Shown: positions 10,226 to 20,682, counted from the first letter of the stretch. The stretch: DNA of 64,000 nucleotides from an uncultured Chloroflexia bacterium (GCA_963825525.1 CAWGTN010000001.1:32001-96000); one strand, 5' to 3'. Numbers and translations are program-made. The notes: generated from the letters alone by a model not told the origin.

Positions 10226-12219
10226 CCGCTCGGCCTTCCTCGGCGCACGTGCTCGTCGAACCACGCCAGCAGCCGCTCCATGCGGTCGATGCGGCGATCC
10301 GGGCGGCCGGAGGTTCGCATGCCGTGGTGCTCCTCGGGATAGAGGATGAGCTCCACCTCGCGGCCGAGGACCTTGAGCGCGGTGAAGAATTGCTCGTTGT
10401 CCGACGCGGGACAGATCCGATCCTCTTCGGCCTGCAGCATGAGCAGCGGCGTCCGGACGCGGGCGGCGTTCCGAAGGGGCGACGACTGCCACAGCGCTCG
10501 CATGCCCTTGTCGGTCAGCGGATCCCCGAGGCCGGCCCGACGGTTGTAGTAGACGCCGAAGAACGAGTTCGCCCAGGTGCTGACCTGATTGGCGACGCCG
10601 TTCTCGGATGACGCGGCGGCAAAGCGATCCGTCACCCCGATCAGCCACTGGGTCAGGAACCCGCCGTACGACAACCCCATGACCGCCAGGCGGTCGGGGT
10701 CGGCGAGTCCTCGCGCCACGAGCGCGTCGACGGCCGCCATCGCATCCTCGGCATCGGCATCACCCCAGCTGGCCGAGAGCCCCCTGACCCACTCCGACCC
10801 GAACGTGGCCGAGCCGCGAATGTTCGGCATGAGGACCCGGTAGCCGGCGGCGCACAGGGCCAGGCCATCCATCGTGCCACCTGGCCCCCACGCGCCAGTC
10901 GGTCCGCCGTGGACGTGGAGGACGGTCGGCAGGCGGCGGCGGCCGGCGCCGGCGGGCGAGGCCAGCCAGGCGTGAATCGGCCCGGCCGGGCCATCGAGCT
11001 CGAGCTCGGTGAGCTCGACCGCCGGGAAGCGGCGCAGCCATCCGGATCCCTCGCGCGTCACCTGGCGCAGCCGCCCGGACTCGACAGCGTGGACGTCGGC
11101 CGCGCCACCGTCGACGGCGGCAGAGACGACGATCCGGCCGCGTGCAGCGGCGATCCCGGAGGCGGCAAGCGGCAATGTCGGGTCCACCAGCGGCTCCGTC
11201 AGCGCGTCCAGGGTGACGCGGAACGGGACGTTCCGTCCGCGCATGCCGATCATGACCGCCAGCGTCGCGTCGTCCAGCCAGACCGGCGCGAGGCTGCCCT
11301 CGGTCATCTGCAGGTCGCACCACGCCCACTCGCCGAGGGGACGATCGAGCTCGGCCGTCAACGAACGCGGTCGCCCGCTCGGAAGCTCCACGACCCACAG
11401 CTGGGGCGGGACGTCGTCCGGTGGGTCGTCGACGTCCGTGCCGATGAACGCCAGGTGCCGCCCATCGGGGGAGTAGCTCGGGTAGTCGGCATCGCCGGCC
11501 AGGCTGACGAGCTCGCGGATGCGCGGACGACGCGCCTCGGTCCCGACGCTCCACACCTGAATGCGCGGGGCGATCGTGGTGTCGGCGCCGCGATCGGCGC
11601 TGAACGCGATCCGTTCACCGTCCGGTGCCCAGGTCGGATTGAGGACGTCGAAGTCACCGCTCGTGAGCTGCCGCGGTCGGGCACCGTCCCGGGTGGCGAC
11701 CACCCACAGGTGCGCGCGTCGCGCCACGTGACCCGAATCGTCGTCACGAAAGTCCAGCCGGGTGAGGCGCCTCGCGATCGGCGTTCGGCCCTTCGGATCG
11801 TCGCCGATCACGAACCGCTGATCGCCAGCCGGGGCCACCAGGGCCAGCCGCCCTCCATCGGGGCTCCAGCGAGCCGCCGACGCTCCGTGCTTCAGCGATG
11901 TCAGCTGCCACGGCTCGCCACCGTCGAGTGGAAGGATCCATAGCTGTCCGGTGCCCGTCGCCCCGCCGGTGATCGGCGACCGCACGAACGCGATGAGGGT
12001 CCCGTCCGGCGAGATCTGCGGTGCGGTGTCGCGGACCGAGCCGCGGGTGAGCTGGCGCGACCGGCCTCCACGATACGGCCTCACCCAGAGGTGCGACTCG
12101 TACGAGCCACCGCGCACGCGCCGTAATACGTACACGATGGATTCGCCGTCCGGCGAGATCTCGAATGCCTCGAGGGCGATCTGGGCGCGAACGAGCGCGC
12201 TCGGCGTTGCTTTCGTCAT
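10222..12219 (-). CDS. S9 family peptidase (acylaminoacyl/dipeptidyl peptidase type) with PD40 beta-propeller
   Basis: SPDG repeats, VHGGP, GLSYGG (catalytic Ser), AEEDRIC (Asp), YPEEHH (His). Confidence 0.92.
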   Translation of the reverse strand: MTKATPSALVRAQIALEAFEISPDGESIVYVLRRVRGGSYESHLWVRPYRGGRSRQLTRGSVRDTAPQISPDGTLIAFVRSPITGGATGTGQLWILPLDGGEPWQLTSLKHGASAARWSPDGGRLALVAPAGDQRFVIGDDPKGRTPIARRLTRLDFRDDDSGHVARRAHLWVVATRDGARPRQLTSGDFDVLNPTWAPDGERIAFSADRGADTTIAPRIQVWSVGTEARRPRIRELVSLAGDADYPSYSPDGRHLAFIGTDVDDPPDDVPPQLWVVELPSGRPRSLTAELDRPLGEWAWCDLQMTEGSLAPVWLDDATLAVMIGMRGRNVPFRVTLDALTEPLVDPTLPLAASGIAAARGRIVVSAAVDGGAADVHAVESGRLRQVTREGSGWLRRFPAVELTELELDGPAGPIHAWLASPAGAGRRRLPTVLHVHGGPTGAWGPGGTMDGLALCAAGYRVLMPNIRGSATFGSEWVRGLSASWGDADAEDAMAAVDALVARGLADPDRLAVMGLSYGGFLTQWLIGVTDRFAAASSENGVANQVSTWANSFFGVYYNRRAGLGDPLTDKGMRALWQSSPLRNAARVRTPLLMLQAEEDRICPASDNEQFFTALKVLGREVELILYPEEHHGMRTSGRPDRRIDRMERLLAWFDEHVRRGRPSG

Positions 12220-12386
12220 GGTTGCCGAGTATGCCGAGCGCAGGATCGGGCGGTGATGCGGATTCCGCAGGAATGCCGGAAACGTTGACCGGATTCCGTG
12301 GGGTATGCCATCCTCGGCCGAACCAAAGCGGCTGTCCCGCCCCGGGCATCCAACTGCCGCTGTAGCGACTGGAGGTAGGTGGGACA

Positions 12387-14091
12387 GTGCGAACTCGTCG
12401 TTTCCTGGCCAGCATGACGGTCCTCGGCCTGGTCCTCGCCGCGTGCGGGACCTCGCAGGGGTCCCCAAGCGCTGGCGCATCGCAGCCAGATGGCGGGACG
12501 CCGTCCGACGGGGGAACCGCAACCGGTGGGACCGTGCGCATCGGTTGGGGAGGATCGCCCGACAGCCTGAATCCCGGCAATGGCGTGCTGGCCGAGTCCT
12601 ACACGCTCTATCCGCTCGATGTATGACGTGCCCATCGACATCACCTCGGACGGGGAGTACGTCCCGGAGCTGGCGACCTCGTGGGATGTCTCCGATGACG
12701 GCCTGACCTGGACGCTCGACATCGTCGACGGCGCCACCTTCCACGACGGCGAGCCGCTGACCGCCGAGGACGTGGCCTACTCGATTCAGCTCTACAAGGA
12801 CACCGAGGACTTCCCGTTCCTGCCGTCCTACGCGGCGTACTTCGAGACCATCGAGGCGCCGGACGCCAACACGGTGGTCCTCACCACCGCGGAGCCGCTC
12901 GGCAACTTCGAGGCGAACATGGTCTTCATGTACGTCATCCCGAAGCACATCTGGGAGACCGAGGACGACCCGGTCGCCTTCGACAACCTCGACATGATCG
13001 GATCGGGACCCTTCAAGGTGGCCGAGTACTCGCAGGGCGAGTTCGTCGAGCTCGAGACCAACACCGAGTACTGGCAGACGCCCGCCAACATCGACGGCGT
13101 GATCTTCCAGACGATTGACAATCCCGATGCGCGCGCCACCGCGCTGACCACCGGTGAGGTCGATGCCATCACCGAGTTCCCGGCGACCGCGGTGAGCACC
13201 CTGCAGAATGCCGAGAACGTCAACGTCCACATTGCCGATATCGGAGCGGGCGGTGCTTTCCGCGACGTGTTCTTCAACGTGGTTTCAGACGAGGACTGCC
13301 CCGCCGAGGACGGTGTGTGCTCGGGACATCCGGCGCTGAAGGACCTGGCCGTGCGCCAGGCGTTGGCGACCGCCACCGACAAGGAGCAGATCATCGACGT
13401 CGCGACGCTGGGGACGAGCTCAGCGGGCCTGTCGGTCGTGCCCCCGGGACTGGGCGACTTCTACGCCAGCGACGTGCAGGACTACGCCTACGACGTGGAC
13501 GCAGCGAACGCACTGCTCGACGACGCAGGCTACGAGGACTCCGACGGTGACGGCGTACGTGAGTGCCTGGCCGACCAGGACTGCGACGACCTCACGTTCC
13601 GGTTCAACTACGCCGATGACATCGACACGGCGCCGCGCGAAGCGGAGTTGCTGCAGGGCATGTGGGCCGACATCGGGGTTCAGATCGAGATCCAGGGATT
13701 GGATCCCGACACGCTCACCAGCGTGTGCTGCCCGACGTTCGACTATGACGTGATGCTGTGGGGCTGGGGCTCGGATCCGGACCCGGCCTTCCTCCTGGGC
13801 GTTGCCCTGTGCGGGGAGATCGACACGGGCTTCAGCGAGACCGGGTACTGCAATCCCGCGTTCGATGAGCTCTACGATCGGCAGGGCATCGAGACCGACC
13901 CGACGGCTCGGGTGGAGATGATCCACGAGATGCAGCAGATCCTGGTGGAAGATGTCCCGTACATCATTCCGTACTACCAGGTCTCGATCCAGGCATGGCG
14001 GACCGATACGTTCAGCGGCTGGCTGGACATCGACCCGACGCTGGGCCTGGAGGACGCGGCCAACCTGATCGCCCTGCGACCGGCCGAGTAG
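12387..14091 (+). CDS. Peptide ABC transporter substrate-binding lipoprotein (OppA/DppA family); +1 frameshift near 12619
   Basis: Signal peptide with lipobox LAAC in 12387-12626; SBP family 5 body (ELATSWDVSDDGLTWT, TFHDGEPLTAEDVAYS, GSGPF) in the adjacent frame. Confidence 0.88.
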
Positions 14092-14100
14092 GACCCACCG

Positions 14101-14140
14101 CAGCGCGGGGTCGGCGCTCGTGACGCTCGGCCCCGCGCTG
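14101..14140 (+). other. Intercistronic stem-loop after the substrate-binding protein gene (probable mRNA stabiliser or partial terminator)
   Basis: CAGCGCGGGGTCG ... CGGCCCCGCGCTG inverted repeat. Confidence 0.5.
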
Positions 14141-14181
14141 TCCAGCCCGATGCACTCCGATGCTTCGCGCAGGCCCAGCGC

Positions 14182-15189
14182 ATGAGTGGACGGGGCGGTT
14201 ACCTCCTGCGCAAGATCGGCTGGGCGCTGCTCACGATCTTCGTTGTCATCACCTTCAACTTCGTCCTGTTCCGTGTGCTGCCGGGTGACCCCGCGAAGTC
14301 CGGGCTGCGTGACCCGCGGCTGAATCCGGCGGCTGTCGAGGCGCTGCGCGAGCGATTCGGGCTCGACAAGCCGGTGTTCATCAATCTCGATGGCGGCAAC
14401 CCGTTCGACTCGCAGTACGTCGCGTACTTCGCAGCCCTGAGCCGCGGTGACCTGGGAACGAGCTACGCGTTTCGCGACAAGCCGGTGGGTGACCTCATCG
14501 GCCAGGCCCTGGGGAACACCCTGTGGCTGATCATTCCGTCGCAGTTCCTCGCCATCCTGTTCGGCGCCGGCCTCGGCCTTTTCGCGGCATGGCGGCGCGG
14601 CCGGCCGTTGGACGTGAGCGCGCTCACCTTCAGCCTGTTCATGTGGTCGCTGCCGACGTTCTTCCTGGGGATCATCCTGCTCGTCGCCGGCGCGAACTGG
14701 CTCGGGCTGCCCACCGCCGGGCGGATCACGATCGGCGCGGGGTTCGAATCGTTCTGGGACGTCGCCATCGACGTGGCCCGCCATCTGATCCTGCCGACGC
14801 TGACCCTCACCCTCGTCCTGCTGGGCGAGTACATGCTCATCATGCGCAGCAGCGTGCTCGACGTCTTCGGCGAGGACTACATCCTCACGGCGCGCGCCAA
14901 GGGCCTCTCCACCTACCGGATCATCCGCCACCACGCCCTGCGCAACGCGATCCTGCCGATGGTCACGCTCATCGCCCTCAACCTGGGCTTCACCGTCTCC
15001 GGGGCGATCCAGGTCGAGGCCGTCTACTCGTGGCCGGGCCTCGGGGCGCTGACGGTGAATGCCGTCGGCGACCGCGACTACCCGGTCCTCCAGGGCGCGT
15101 TCCTGCTGATCGCCGTGGCCGTCGTGCTGGCGAACCTGATCGCTGAGCTCGTCTATGGCTGGCTCGATCCCCGGGTGAGCGAGGGATGA
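14182..15189 (+). CDS. Peptide ABC transporter permease (OppB/DppB type)
   Basis: LPGDPA, GLDKP, GDLGTS, YILTARAKGL (EAA loop), RDYPVLQG, LDPRV. Confidence 0.93.
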   Translation: MSGRGGYLLRKIGWALLTIFVVITFNFVLFRVLPGDPAKSGLRDPRLNPAAVEALRERFGLDKPVFINLDGGNPFDSQYVAYFAALSRGDLGTSYAFRDKPVGDLIGQALGNTLWLIIPSQFLAILFGAGLGLFAAWRRGRPLDVSALTFSLFMWSLPTFFLGIILLVAGANWLGLPTAGRITIGAGFESFWDVAIDVARHLILPTLTLTLVLLGEYMLIMRSSVLDVFGEDYILTARAKGLSTYRIIRHHALRNAILPMVTLIALNLGFTVSGAIQVEAVYSWPGLGALTVNAVGDRDYPVLQGAFLLIAVAVVLANLIAELVYGWLDPRVSEG

Positions 15190-15193
15190 GCCG

Positions 15194-17137
15194 ATGAGCG
15201 TGCTGATCGAGGCGACGGCGCCAAAGGCCGTCGAGGCGCGTGCCTGGTGGCGCTCCTTCCTTCACCATCGGATGGGGATGATCGGGGCGGGCATGCTCGC
15301 CATCGCGCTCTTCGTCGCCGTGGCGGCACCGCTGCTCGCGCCGTACGACCCGTACGCGACGGTCCGCGTCAGCATCCTCGACATCTACCAGGCCCCATCG
15401 GGCCAGCACCTGCTCGGGACCGATGACGGCGGCAAGGACGTCTTCTCATCGCTGCTGTATGGAGCGCGGGTCTCGCTCATCGTCGGGTTTGCGGCGGCAG
15501 CGATCGCCCTGTTCATCGGCGGGCTGGTCGGCATCGTGGCGGGCTACCGCGGTGGCTGGGTCGGATCGCTCCTCATGCGGATCACCGACTTCTTCCTCGT
15601 CATCCCGGACCTGGCGCTCCAGATCGTGCTCGTGGCGATCATCGGCCCGTCGCTGGGCACGATCATCCTGGTCATCGGCGCCCTGGGCTGGACGACGACC
15701 GCGCGGCTGGTGCGATCGCAGGCGCTCACCGTGAGGGAGCGCAAGTACGTGATGCGGGCTCGCGCCATCGGCGCCGGTGATGCGCACATCCTGCGCCGGC
15801 ACATCCTGCCTGCGGTGCTGCCGCTGATGCTGGCGAACATGGTGCTGGTCATCAGCCTGGCGATCCTGTCGGAGTCGACGCTCGCATTCCTGGGCCTCGG
15901 GGACCCGACGGTCATCAGCTGGGGCCAGATGCTGAACTTCGCCTTCGGCCGTGGCGCCGTGACCGCGGGCGCATGGTGGGCCCTCCTTCCACCCGGATTC
16001 GCGATCGTGTGGGTCGTGCTCGGAACGACGCTCCTCGGCACGGCGCTGGAGGATGCGCTCAACCCGCGCCTGAAGCGACACCACCTCGAGACGCCCGGTG
16101 AGGACGTCGCGACCGATCGTGCGGTCCCGGCGCTCGACATCCCATCCGCCGGGGTAGCAGATGCTGGTCCCATCCTCCGCGTTCGGGACCTGTCGATCGA
16201 GTTCGACACGCCATCGGGTCCGCAGCGAGCGGTGGATGGGGTGAGCTTCGACCTCCTCCGGGGGCAGACCCTGGGTCTGGTGGGTGAGTCGGGCTGTGGC
16301 AAGACGACCACGGTGCTCGGCATCCTGCGCCTCCTGCCGCCGGGCGGTCGCGTGGTGTCAGGGAGCGTCTGGTTCGAGGGCGAGGACCTGCTGAGCCTGG
16401 ACGGCGGCGCGCTGCGCGCGTTCCGATGGACCCGCCTGTCGCTTGTCTTTCAGGGGGCGATGAACGCCCTCAACCCGGTGCGCACGGTGGGTGATCAGAT
16501 CGTCGAGGCGATCCGCCTGCACGACACCGAGATCAGCAAGGCGGAGGCGCTCGATCGCTGCGCCGACCTGCTCGAGCGCGTCGGGATCGGCCGCCGGCGA
16601 GCCGGCGAGTATCCGCACACCTACTCGGGTGGGATGCGCCAGCGCGCCATGATCGCCCTGGCGCTCGCCTGCGATCCCGACGTGATCGTGGCGGACGAGC
16701 CGACGACGGCGCTGGACGTGATGATCCAGGCCCAGATCCTCGAGCTCCTGAGCGGGATCGCGCGCGACTTCGGGACAGGGATCATCCTGGTGACTCATGA
16801 CCTCGGGGTCGTCGCCCAGGCATGCGACCGAGTCGTGGTCATGTACGGCGGCGGCGTTGCCGAGGAGAACGACGCGGCGACGTTGTTCCGCGACCCGCAG
16901 CATCCGTACACGCAGGAGCTGCTGCAGTCGTTCCCGGACCTCGCGCATCCCGATCGCCCGCTGCGCGGCATCCCCGGGTCACCACCGCGGCTGGACGACA
17001 TGCCCGTCGGCTGCCGCTTTGCTCCTCGATGTCCGCACGCCTTCGATCGGTGCCGGACCGAGCGTCCGCCTGAGTACGGCGTCACCGGCGGACGGGCAGC
17101 ATGCTTCCTGCTGGACCCGGAGGGGGAGCGCCCGTGA
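15194..17137 (+). CDS. Peptide ABC transporter permease / ATP-binding fusion (OppC-OppD type)
   Basis: Permease motifs HLLGTDDGGKD and LAFLGLG, followed by Walker A GESGCGKTT, SGGMRQR, ADEPTTALD and a C-terminal GCRFAPRC. Confidence 0.92.
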   Translation: MSVLIEATAPKAVEARAWWRSFLHHRMGMIGAGMLAIALFVAVAAPLLAPYDPYATVRVSILDIYQAPSGQHLLGTDDGGKDVFSSLLYGARVSLIVGFAAAAIALFIGGLVGIVAGYRGGWVGSLLMRITDFFLVIPDLALQIVLVAIIGPSLGTIILVIGALGWTTTARLVRSQALTVRERKYVMRARAIGAGDAHILRRHILPAVLPLMLANMVLVISLAILSESTLAFLGLGDPTVISWGQMLNFAFGRGAVTAGAWWALLPPGFAIVWVVLGTTLLGTALEDALNPRLKRHHLETPGEDVATDRAVPALDIPSAGVADAGPILRVRDLSIEFDTPSGPQRAVDGVSFDLLRGQTLGLVGESGCGKTTTVLGILRLLPPGGRVVSGSVWFEGEDLLSLDGGALRAFRWTRLSLVFQGAMNALNPVRTVGDQIVEAIRLHDTEISKAEALDRCADLLERVGIGRRRAGEYPHTYSGGMRQRAMIALALACDPDVIVADEPTTALDVMIQAQILELLSGIARDFGTGIILVTHDLGVVAQACDRVVVMYGGGVAEENDAATLFRDPQHPYTQELLQSFPDLAHPDRPLRGIPGSPPRLDDMPVGCRFAPRCPHAFDRCRTERPPEYGVTGGRAACFLLDPEGERP

Positions 17138-18153
17138 GCGAGCCGATCCAGCCCGAGCCGATCCTGCGCGTCGAGGGGCTGTTCAAGGAGTTCCCGGGCC
17201 GGACCACGTTCGGCGACTGGGTCCGGCGGCGCCCGGCGCCACCGGTGCGCGCGGTCGATGGGATCTCGTTCGAGCTCCGCGCCGGCGAGATCCTTGCGCT
17301 CGTCGGTGAGTCCGGCTGCGGAAAGACGACCACGGGCAACCTGCTCATGGGACTCCTGCCGCCGAGCGGTGGGCGAGTGATGCTCGATGGCGAGGAGGTC
17401 GGCGCGCTGTCAGGCCGTGGTCTGCGCCAGCTTCGACGCCGCGTGCAGATGGTCTTCCAGGACCCGTACGAGTCGCTGAACCCCCGCATGACGGTCGGTG
17501 ACATCGTCGCGGAGCCGTTGCGCGTCCACCGGGTGGCGACGTCCGACGACGACCTGCGGGCACGCGTCGCGACCGCCCTCACCTCGGCTGGCCTGGCGCC
17601 TGCCGACGCGTACCTCGCGCGCTACCCATTCGAGATGTCTGGCGGGCAGCGGCAGCGCGTCGTGATCGCTGCGGCCCTGGCACTTGAGCCATCCCTCCTT
17701 GTCGCCGATGAGCCGGTCAGCATGCTCGACGTCAGCATCCGCGCCGAGATCCTCAACCTGCTCTCCAGCCTGGCCCGAGATCACGGGATCGGGATCGTGA
17801 TGATCACCCACGACCTCTCGACCGTGGCCGCCTACGCCGATCGAATCGCGGTGATGTACCTGGGACGCATCGTCGAGCATGGCCCGACGCGCCAGGTCCT
17901 GTCGGATCCGCAGCACCCGTATGCGCGCGCACTGCTGTCGGTGGTCCCGGTGCCCGATCCCTCGCTCCGGCGGACGCCGGTCATCCTGAGCGGCGAGACG
18001 CCGGATCCCTCGCGGATTCCCTCGGGGTGTCGCTTCCATCCGCGCTGCCCGCTCGCCTTCGACCGATGTCCGCAGGTCGATCCTCGGCTCATCGACGTCG
18101 GGCCTGACCACCAGGCCGCCTGTCTCCTGCTGGGGGACGGCAGCGGTCGCTGA
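17134..18153 (+). CDS. Peptide ABC transporter ATP-binding protein (OppF type)
   Basis: GESGCGKTT, QMVFQDPY, MSGGQRQR, ADEPVSMLD, GCRFHPRC. Confidence 0.93.
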   Translation: MSEPIQPEPILRVEGLFKEFPGRTTFGDWVRRRPAPPVRAVDGISFELRAGEILALVGESGCGKTTTGNLLMGLLPPSGGRVMLDGEEVGALSGRGLRQLRRRVQMVFQDPYESLNPRMTVGDIVAEPLRVHRVATSDDDLRARVATALTSAGLAPADAYLARYPFEMSGGQRQRVVIAAALALEPSLLVADEPVSMLDVSIRAEILNLLSSLARDHGIGIVMITHDLSTVAAYADRIAVMYLGRIVEHGPTRQVLSDPQHPYARALLSVVPVPDPSLRRTPVILSGETPDPSRIPSGCRFHPRCPLAFDRCPQVDPRLIDVGPDHQAACLLLGDGSGR

Positions 18154-18173
18154 AGGCGGCGGCCGCTGGCGTT

Positions 18174-18716
18174 TCAGCTGGCGAGCAGGCTCGCGACGCT
18201 CACCAGCGCGACCATGACGGCGACGGCCAGCGATGGGCCGAAGCGAACCACCCGGGACCGCAGGCGGCTGACGATTGCCGCCACGATGGCTGCCAGCGTG
18301 GCGCCCGCCACGCCTCCGGCTGCCGCGGCAACGGCGTGGGCCAGGGTGGGTGAGGCACTGCCGATCTGGCGCTCACCGGCCGTCACCACGCCGAGGACGA
18401 CCACGACGAGCGCGCCGAACAGCCCGGCTCCGAGCGTCGCGGTACCCGCGCGCGCTGCCCCGACCTGGGTGGCGCCGGTGGCGGCGGCTCCGCCCGCGAG
18501 GAACGATGCGACGAGGAATGTTCCCGGTAGCGCCCCGTTGGCGTCCACCGGGGGCGCGGCGATGAACCACGTGAGCGCGATGATCGGTCCGGCCAGCATC
18601 CCGAGCGCTGCGACCCAGGTGAGTGGACGTGTCCAGTCCTCGGGGTCCTCCGGCGGCACGACGGCGCCGAGGCGCACGCTGACCGGGACGAGGTCGTCGT
18701 CCGGCGCTTCGCTCAT
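18174..18716 (-). CDS. Hypothetical membrane protein
   Basis: ATG overlapping the upstream stop; about 5 hydrophobic helices; acidic N-terminus PPEDPEDW. Confidence 0.6.
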   Translation of the reverse strand: MSEAPDDDLVPVSVRLGAVVPPEDPEDWTRPLTWVAALGMLAGPIIALTWFIAAPPVDANGALPGTFLVASFLAGGAAATGATQVGAARAGTATLGAGLFGALVVVVLGVVTAGERQIGSASPTLAHAVAAAAGGVAGATLAAIVAAIVSRLRSRVVRFGPSLAVAVMVALVSVASLLAS

Positions 18717-19984
18717 GCCGCCGAGCTGGCGCTCACCGCGTCCGATGAGGAGCTCAATCGCAGGCCAAGGATGCGGCCGCCGAGCTCCCCGACCTGGCGA
18801 CCGGCATCGGCAGCCAGCCCGAGATCGTCGGTGGCCAGCGCCAGGCGGGCGAGCGCGTCGAGCTCGGCGGTCGCCGTCGGCGTGTCGAGATCGTCATTCA
18901 TGGCGTCGATGAATCGCCGCCGGTGCTCGGCCACGAGGGGGTGGGAGGGCATGCCGTCCGGCGCATGACCCTTGGCGGCCAGCTCATCGGCCCGTTGCGT
19001 GGCCTGGCGCAGGAGCGAGGCGGCAGCCGCCGACGCCTCGAGGTCACCATCGGCGAATTCGACCTCGGAGCGGTAGTGATGTGAGACGAGGTAGTGGCGG
19101 ATCGTGTCCCCCGAATAGGTGCACAGGAGGTCGCGGACCAGCACCAGGTTGCCCAGCGACTTGCTCATCTTGTGGCCCTGGTAGCTCAGCATCCCGGCGT
19201 GGGTCCAGAACGCGACCGCCGGACGATCCCCGGTGGCGTGCTCCGACTGGGCCAGCTCCGATTCGTGGTGGGGAAAGAGGAGATCGCCACCGCCGCCGTG
19301 GATCTCGAATCGCGTCCCCAGGTAGGCCATGGCCATGGCGGAGCACTCGATGTGCCAGCCGGGCCGTCCCGGACCCCAGGGCGCCGGCCACGCCGGCTCG
19401 TCGGGCAGGGAGCGCTGCCAGAGCACGAAGTCGAGCGGTTCGCGCTTGCCGGGCATGTCCGGGTCGTTCCCGCGCTCGTTGGCGATCGGCAGCATGTCGG
19501 TCGGAGACAGCTTGGAGAGCTGCCCGTAGTCCGGGTCGGCCGCCACGTTGAAGTAGACGTTGCCATCGGCGACATAGGCGAGCTGCCTGTCAAGCAGGGA
19601 GCCGATGAGCTCGACCATCTGCGGAATGTGCTCGCTCGCCCGCGGGTAGTGATCGGGCGGCAGCCAGTTCAGCGCCGCCATCTCGGTCAGGAACGTCGTC
19701 ACGTGGCGATTCCCGAGCTCCAGGTAGTCCTCGCCCGTCTCGCGGGCCTTGCGCAGCATGTCGTCGTCGACGTCGGTGAGATTCTGGACGTAGGTCACGT
19801 CGTGCCCAAGAAACTCGAGATACCGATGGAGCACGTCGAAGCTCACGTAGGTGAAGGCGTGCCCGAGGTGGCCCGTGTCGTACGGGGTCACGCCACAGAC
19901 GTAGAGTCCTACCGAGTCGCGGTCGCCGATCGGCGCGAATGGATGAAGGCCGCCGCGCCGGGCGTCATGAAGTCGAAGGGTCAC
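18713..19984 (-). CDS. Cysteine--tRNA ligase family protein, MshC-like (no C-terminal anticodon-binding domain)
   Basis: YVCGVTPYDTGHLGHA (HIGH motif), NLTDVDD, GRPGWHIECSAM, DLLFPHHE, KMSKSLGN, MNDDLDT; protein ends after the DALR region. Confidence 0.85.
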   Translation of the reverse strand: MTLRLHDARRGGLHPFAPIGDRDSVGLYVCGVTPYDTGHLGHAFTYVSFDVLHRYLEFLGHDVTYVQNLTDVDDDMLRKARETGEDYLELGNRHVTTFLTEMAALNWLPPDHYPRASEHIPQMVELIGSLLDRQLAYVADGNVYFNVAADPDYGQLSKLSPTDMLPIANERGNDPDMPGKREPLDFVLWQRSLPDEPAWPAPWGPGRPGWHIECSAMAMAYLGTRFEIHGGGGDLLFPHHESELAQSEHATGDRPAVAFWTHAGMLSYQGHKMSKSLGNLVLVRDLLCTYSGDTIRHYLVSHHYRSEVEFADGDLEASAAAASLLRQATQRADELAAKGHAPDGMPSHPLVAEHRRRFIDAMNDDLDTPTATAELDALARLALATDDLGLAADAGRQVGELGGRILGLRLSSSSDAVSASSAA

Positions 19985-20100
19985 GCTGCGAATTCTAAAG
20001 CGGTTCGCAGAATTCGCCCGGGACGCTGGACCGGACCGATAGAATCGGCCGACAGGCGGGGGTCTGCTGCCGACCACATGAGCCGAATGGGAGCCCGATT

Positions 20101-20205
20101 TTGGAAGTGCTGCGCTGGCTACTCTTCTTTGCGATCGCGATGTTTCTGATGGTCGCCGGCATCTTCTTCGTGATGGGCAGGCCGCTGCCGCTGCCGCGAT
20201 TCTGA
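20101..20205 (+). CDS. Small single-TM protein, 34 aa (absent from the ORF track)
   Basis: TTG..TGA encodes MEVLRWLLFFAIAMFLMVAGIFFVMGRPLPLPRF; GGGAG 7 nt upstream; TAGAAT at about 20040. Confidence 0.55.
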   Translation: MEVLRWLLFFAIAMFLMVAGIFFVMGRPLPLPRF

Positions 20206-20209
20206 GGCG

Positions 20210-20656
20210 TCACCACAGCTCCGGCTTGGTGCTCATGAGGAAGCCGATGACGCCGATGACCCCTGCCATCCCGTAGGCAACCCATCGCTGGCGCCGCGCG
20301 CGTCGTGACCATGTCTCATTGTCCGCGTCGCTTCGCAGGCCGACCATGCGCCGCAGGTTGGGTCGGCTCACGAAGGCCGCGACGGCGAGATTGAGGGCGT
20401 ACAGGCCCAATGCGATGAGCAACCACGGTTGCGCCAGGAGCTCCGGTCCCAGAATCCACAGCATGGCGGCGCCGGTGATCGCCAGGCCGCCAGCGATGAT
20501 GATCGTGCCCGTGCCCTGGGCGGCCATCAGAAGGCGCGTCACCGGCCCGGCCGCTCCGTCTCCGCGCCGCAGCACGAACGGGAGCAGGACACTCGGCAGC
20601 AGCAGCGCGACGGCCAGCGCGATGTGCGTGACCAGAAGGATCGGGAACCAGTTCAT
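20210..20656 (-). CDS. Four-TM membrane protein (DUF2269-like)
   Basis: N-terminal THI, PWL motif, C-terminal FLMSTKP typical of this family. Confidence 0.75.
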   Translation of the reverse strand: MNWFPILLVTHIALAVALLLPSVLLPFVLRRGDGAAGPVTRLLMAAQGTGTIIIAGGLAITGAAMLWILGPELLAQPWLLIALGLYALNLAVAAFVSRPNLRRMVGLRSDADNETWSRRARRQRWVAYGMAGVIGVIGFLMSTKPELW

Positions 20657-20682
20657 GGTGATCCGATCCTAGCGCAGCGCGG

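Noticed and set aside
12220-13230. N-terminal extensions from the ORF track (S9 peptidase to 13230, ABC ATPase to 46497, TrpC to 2663)
   Set aside because: They overlap real genes; homology-like sequence begins at the downstream starts used here.
15194-17137. Permease-ATPase fusion as a novelty
   Set aside because: OppC-OppD fusions are already known in high-GC bacteria.
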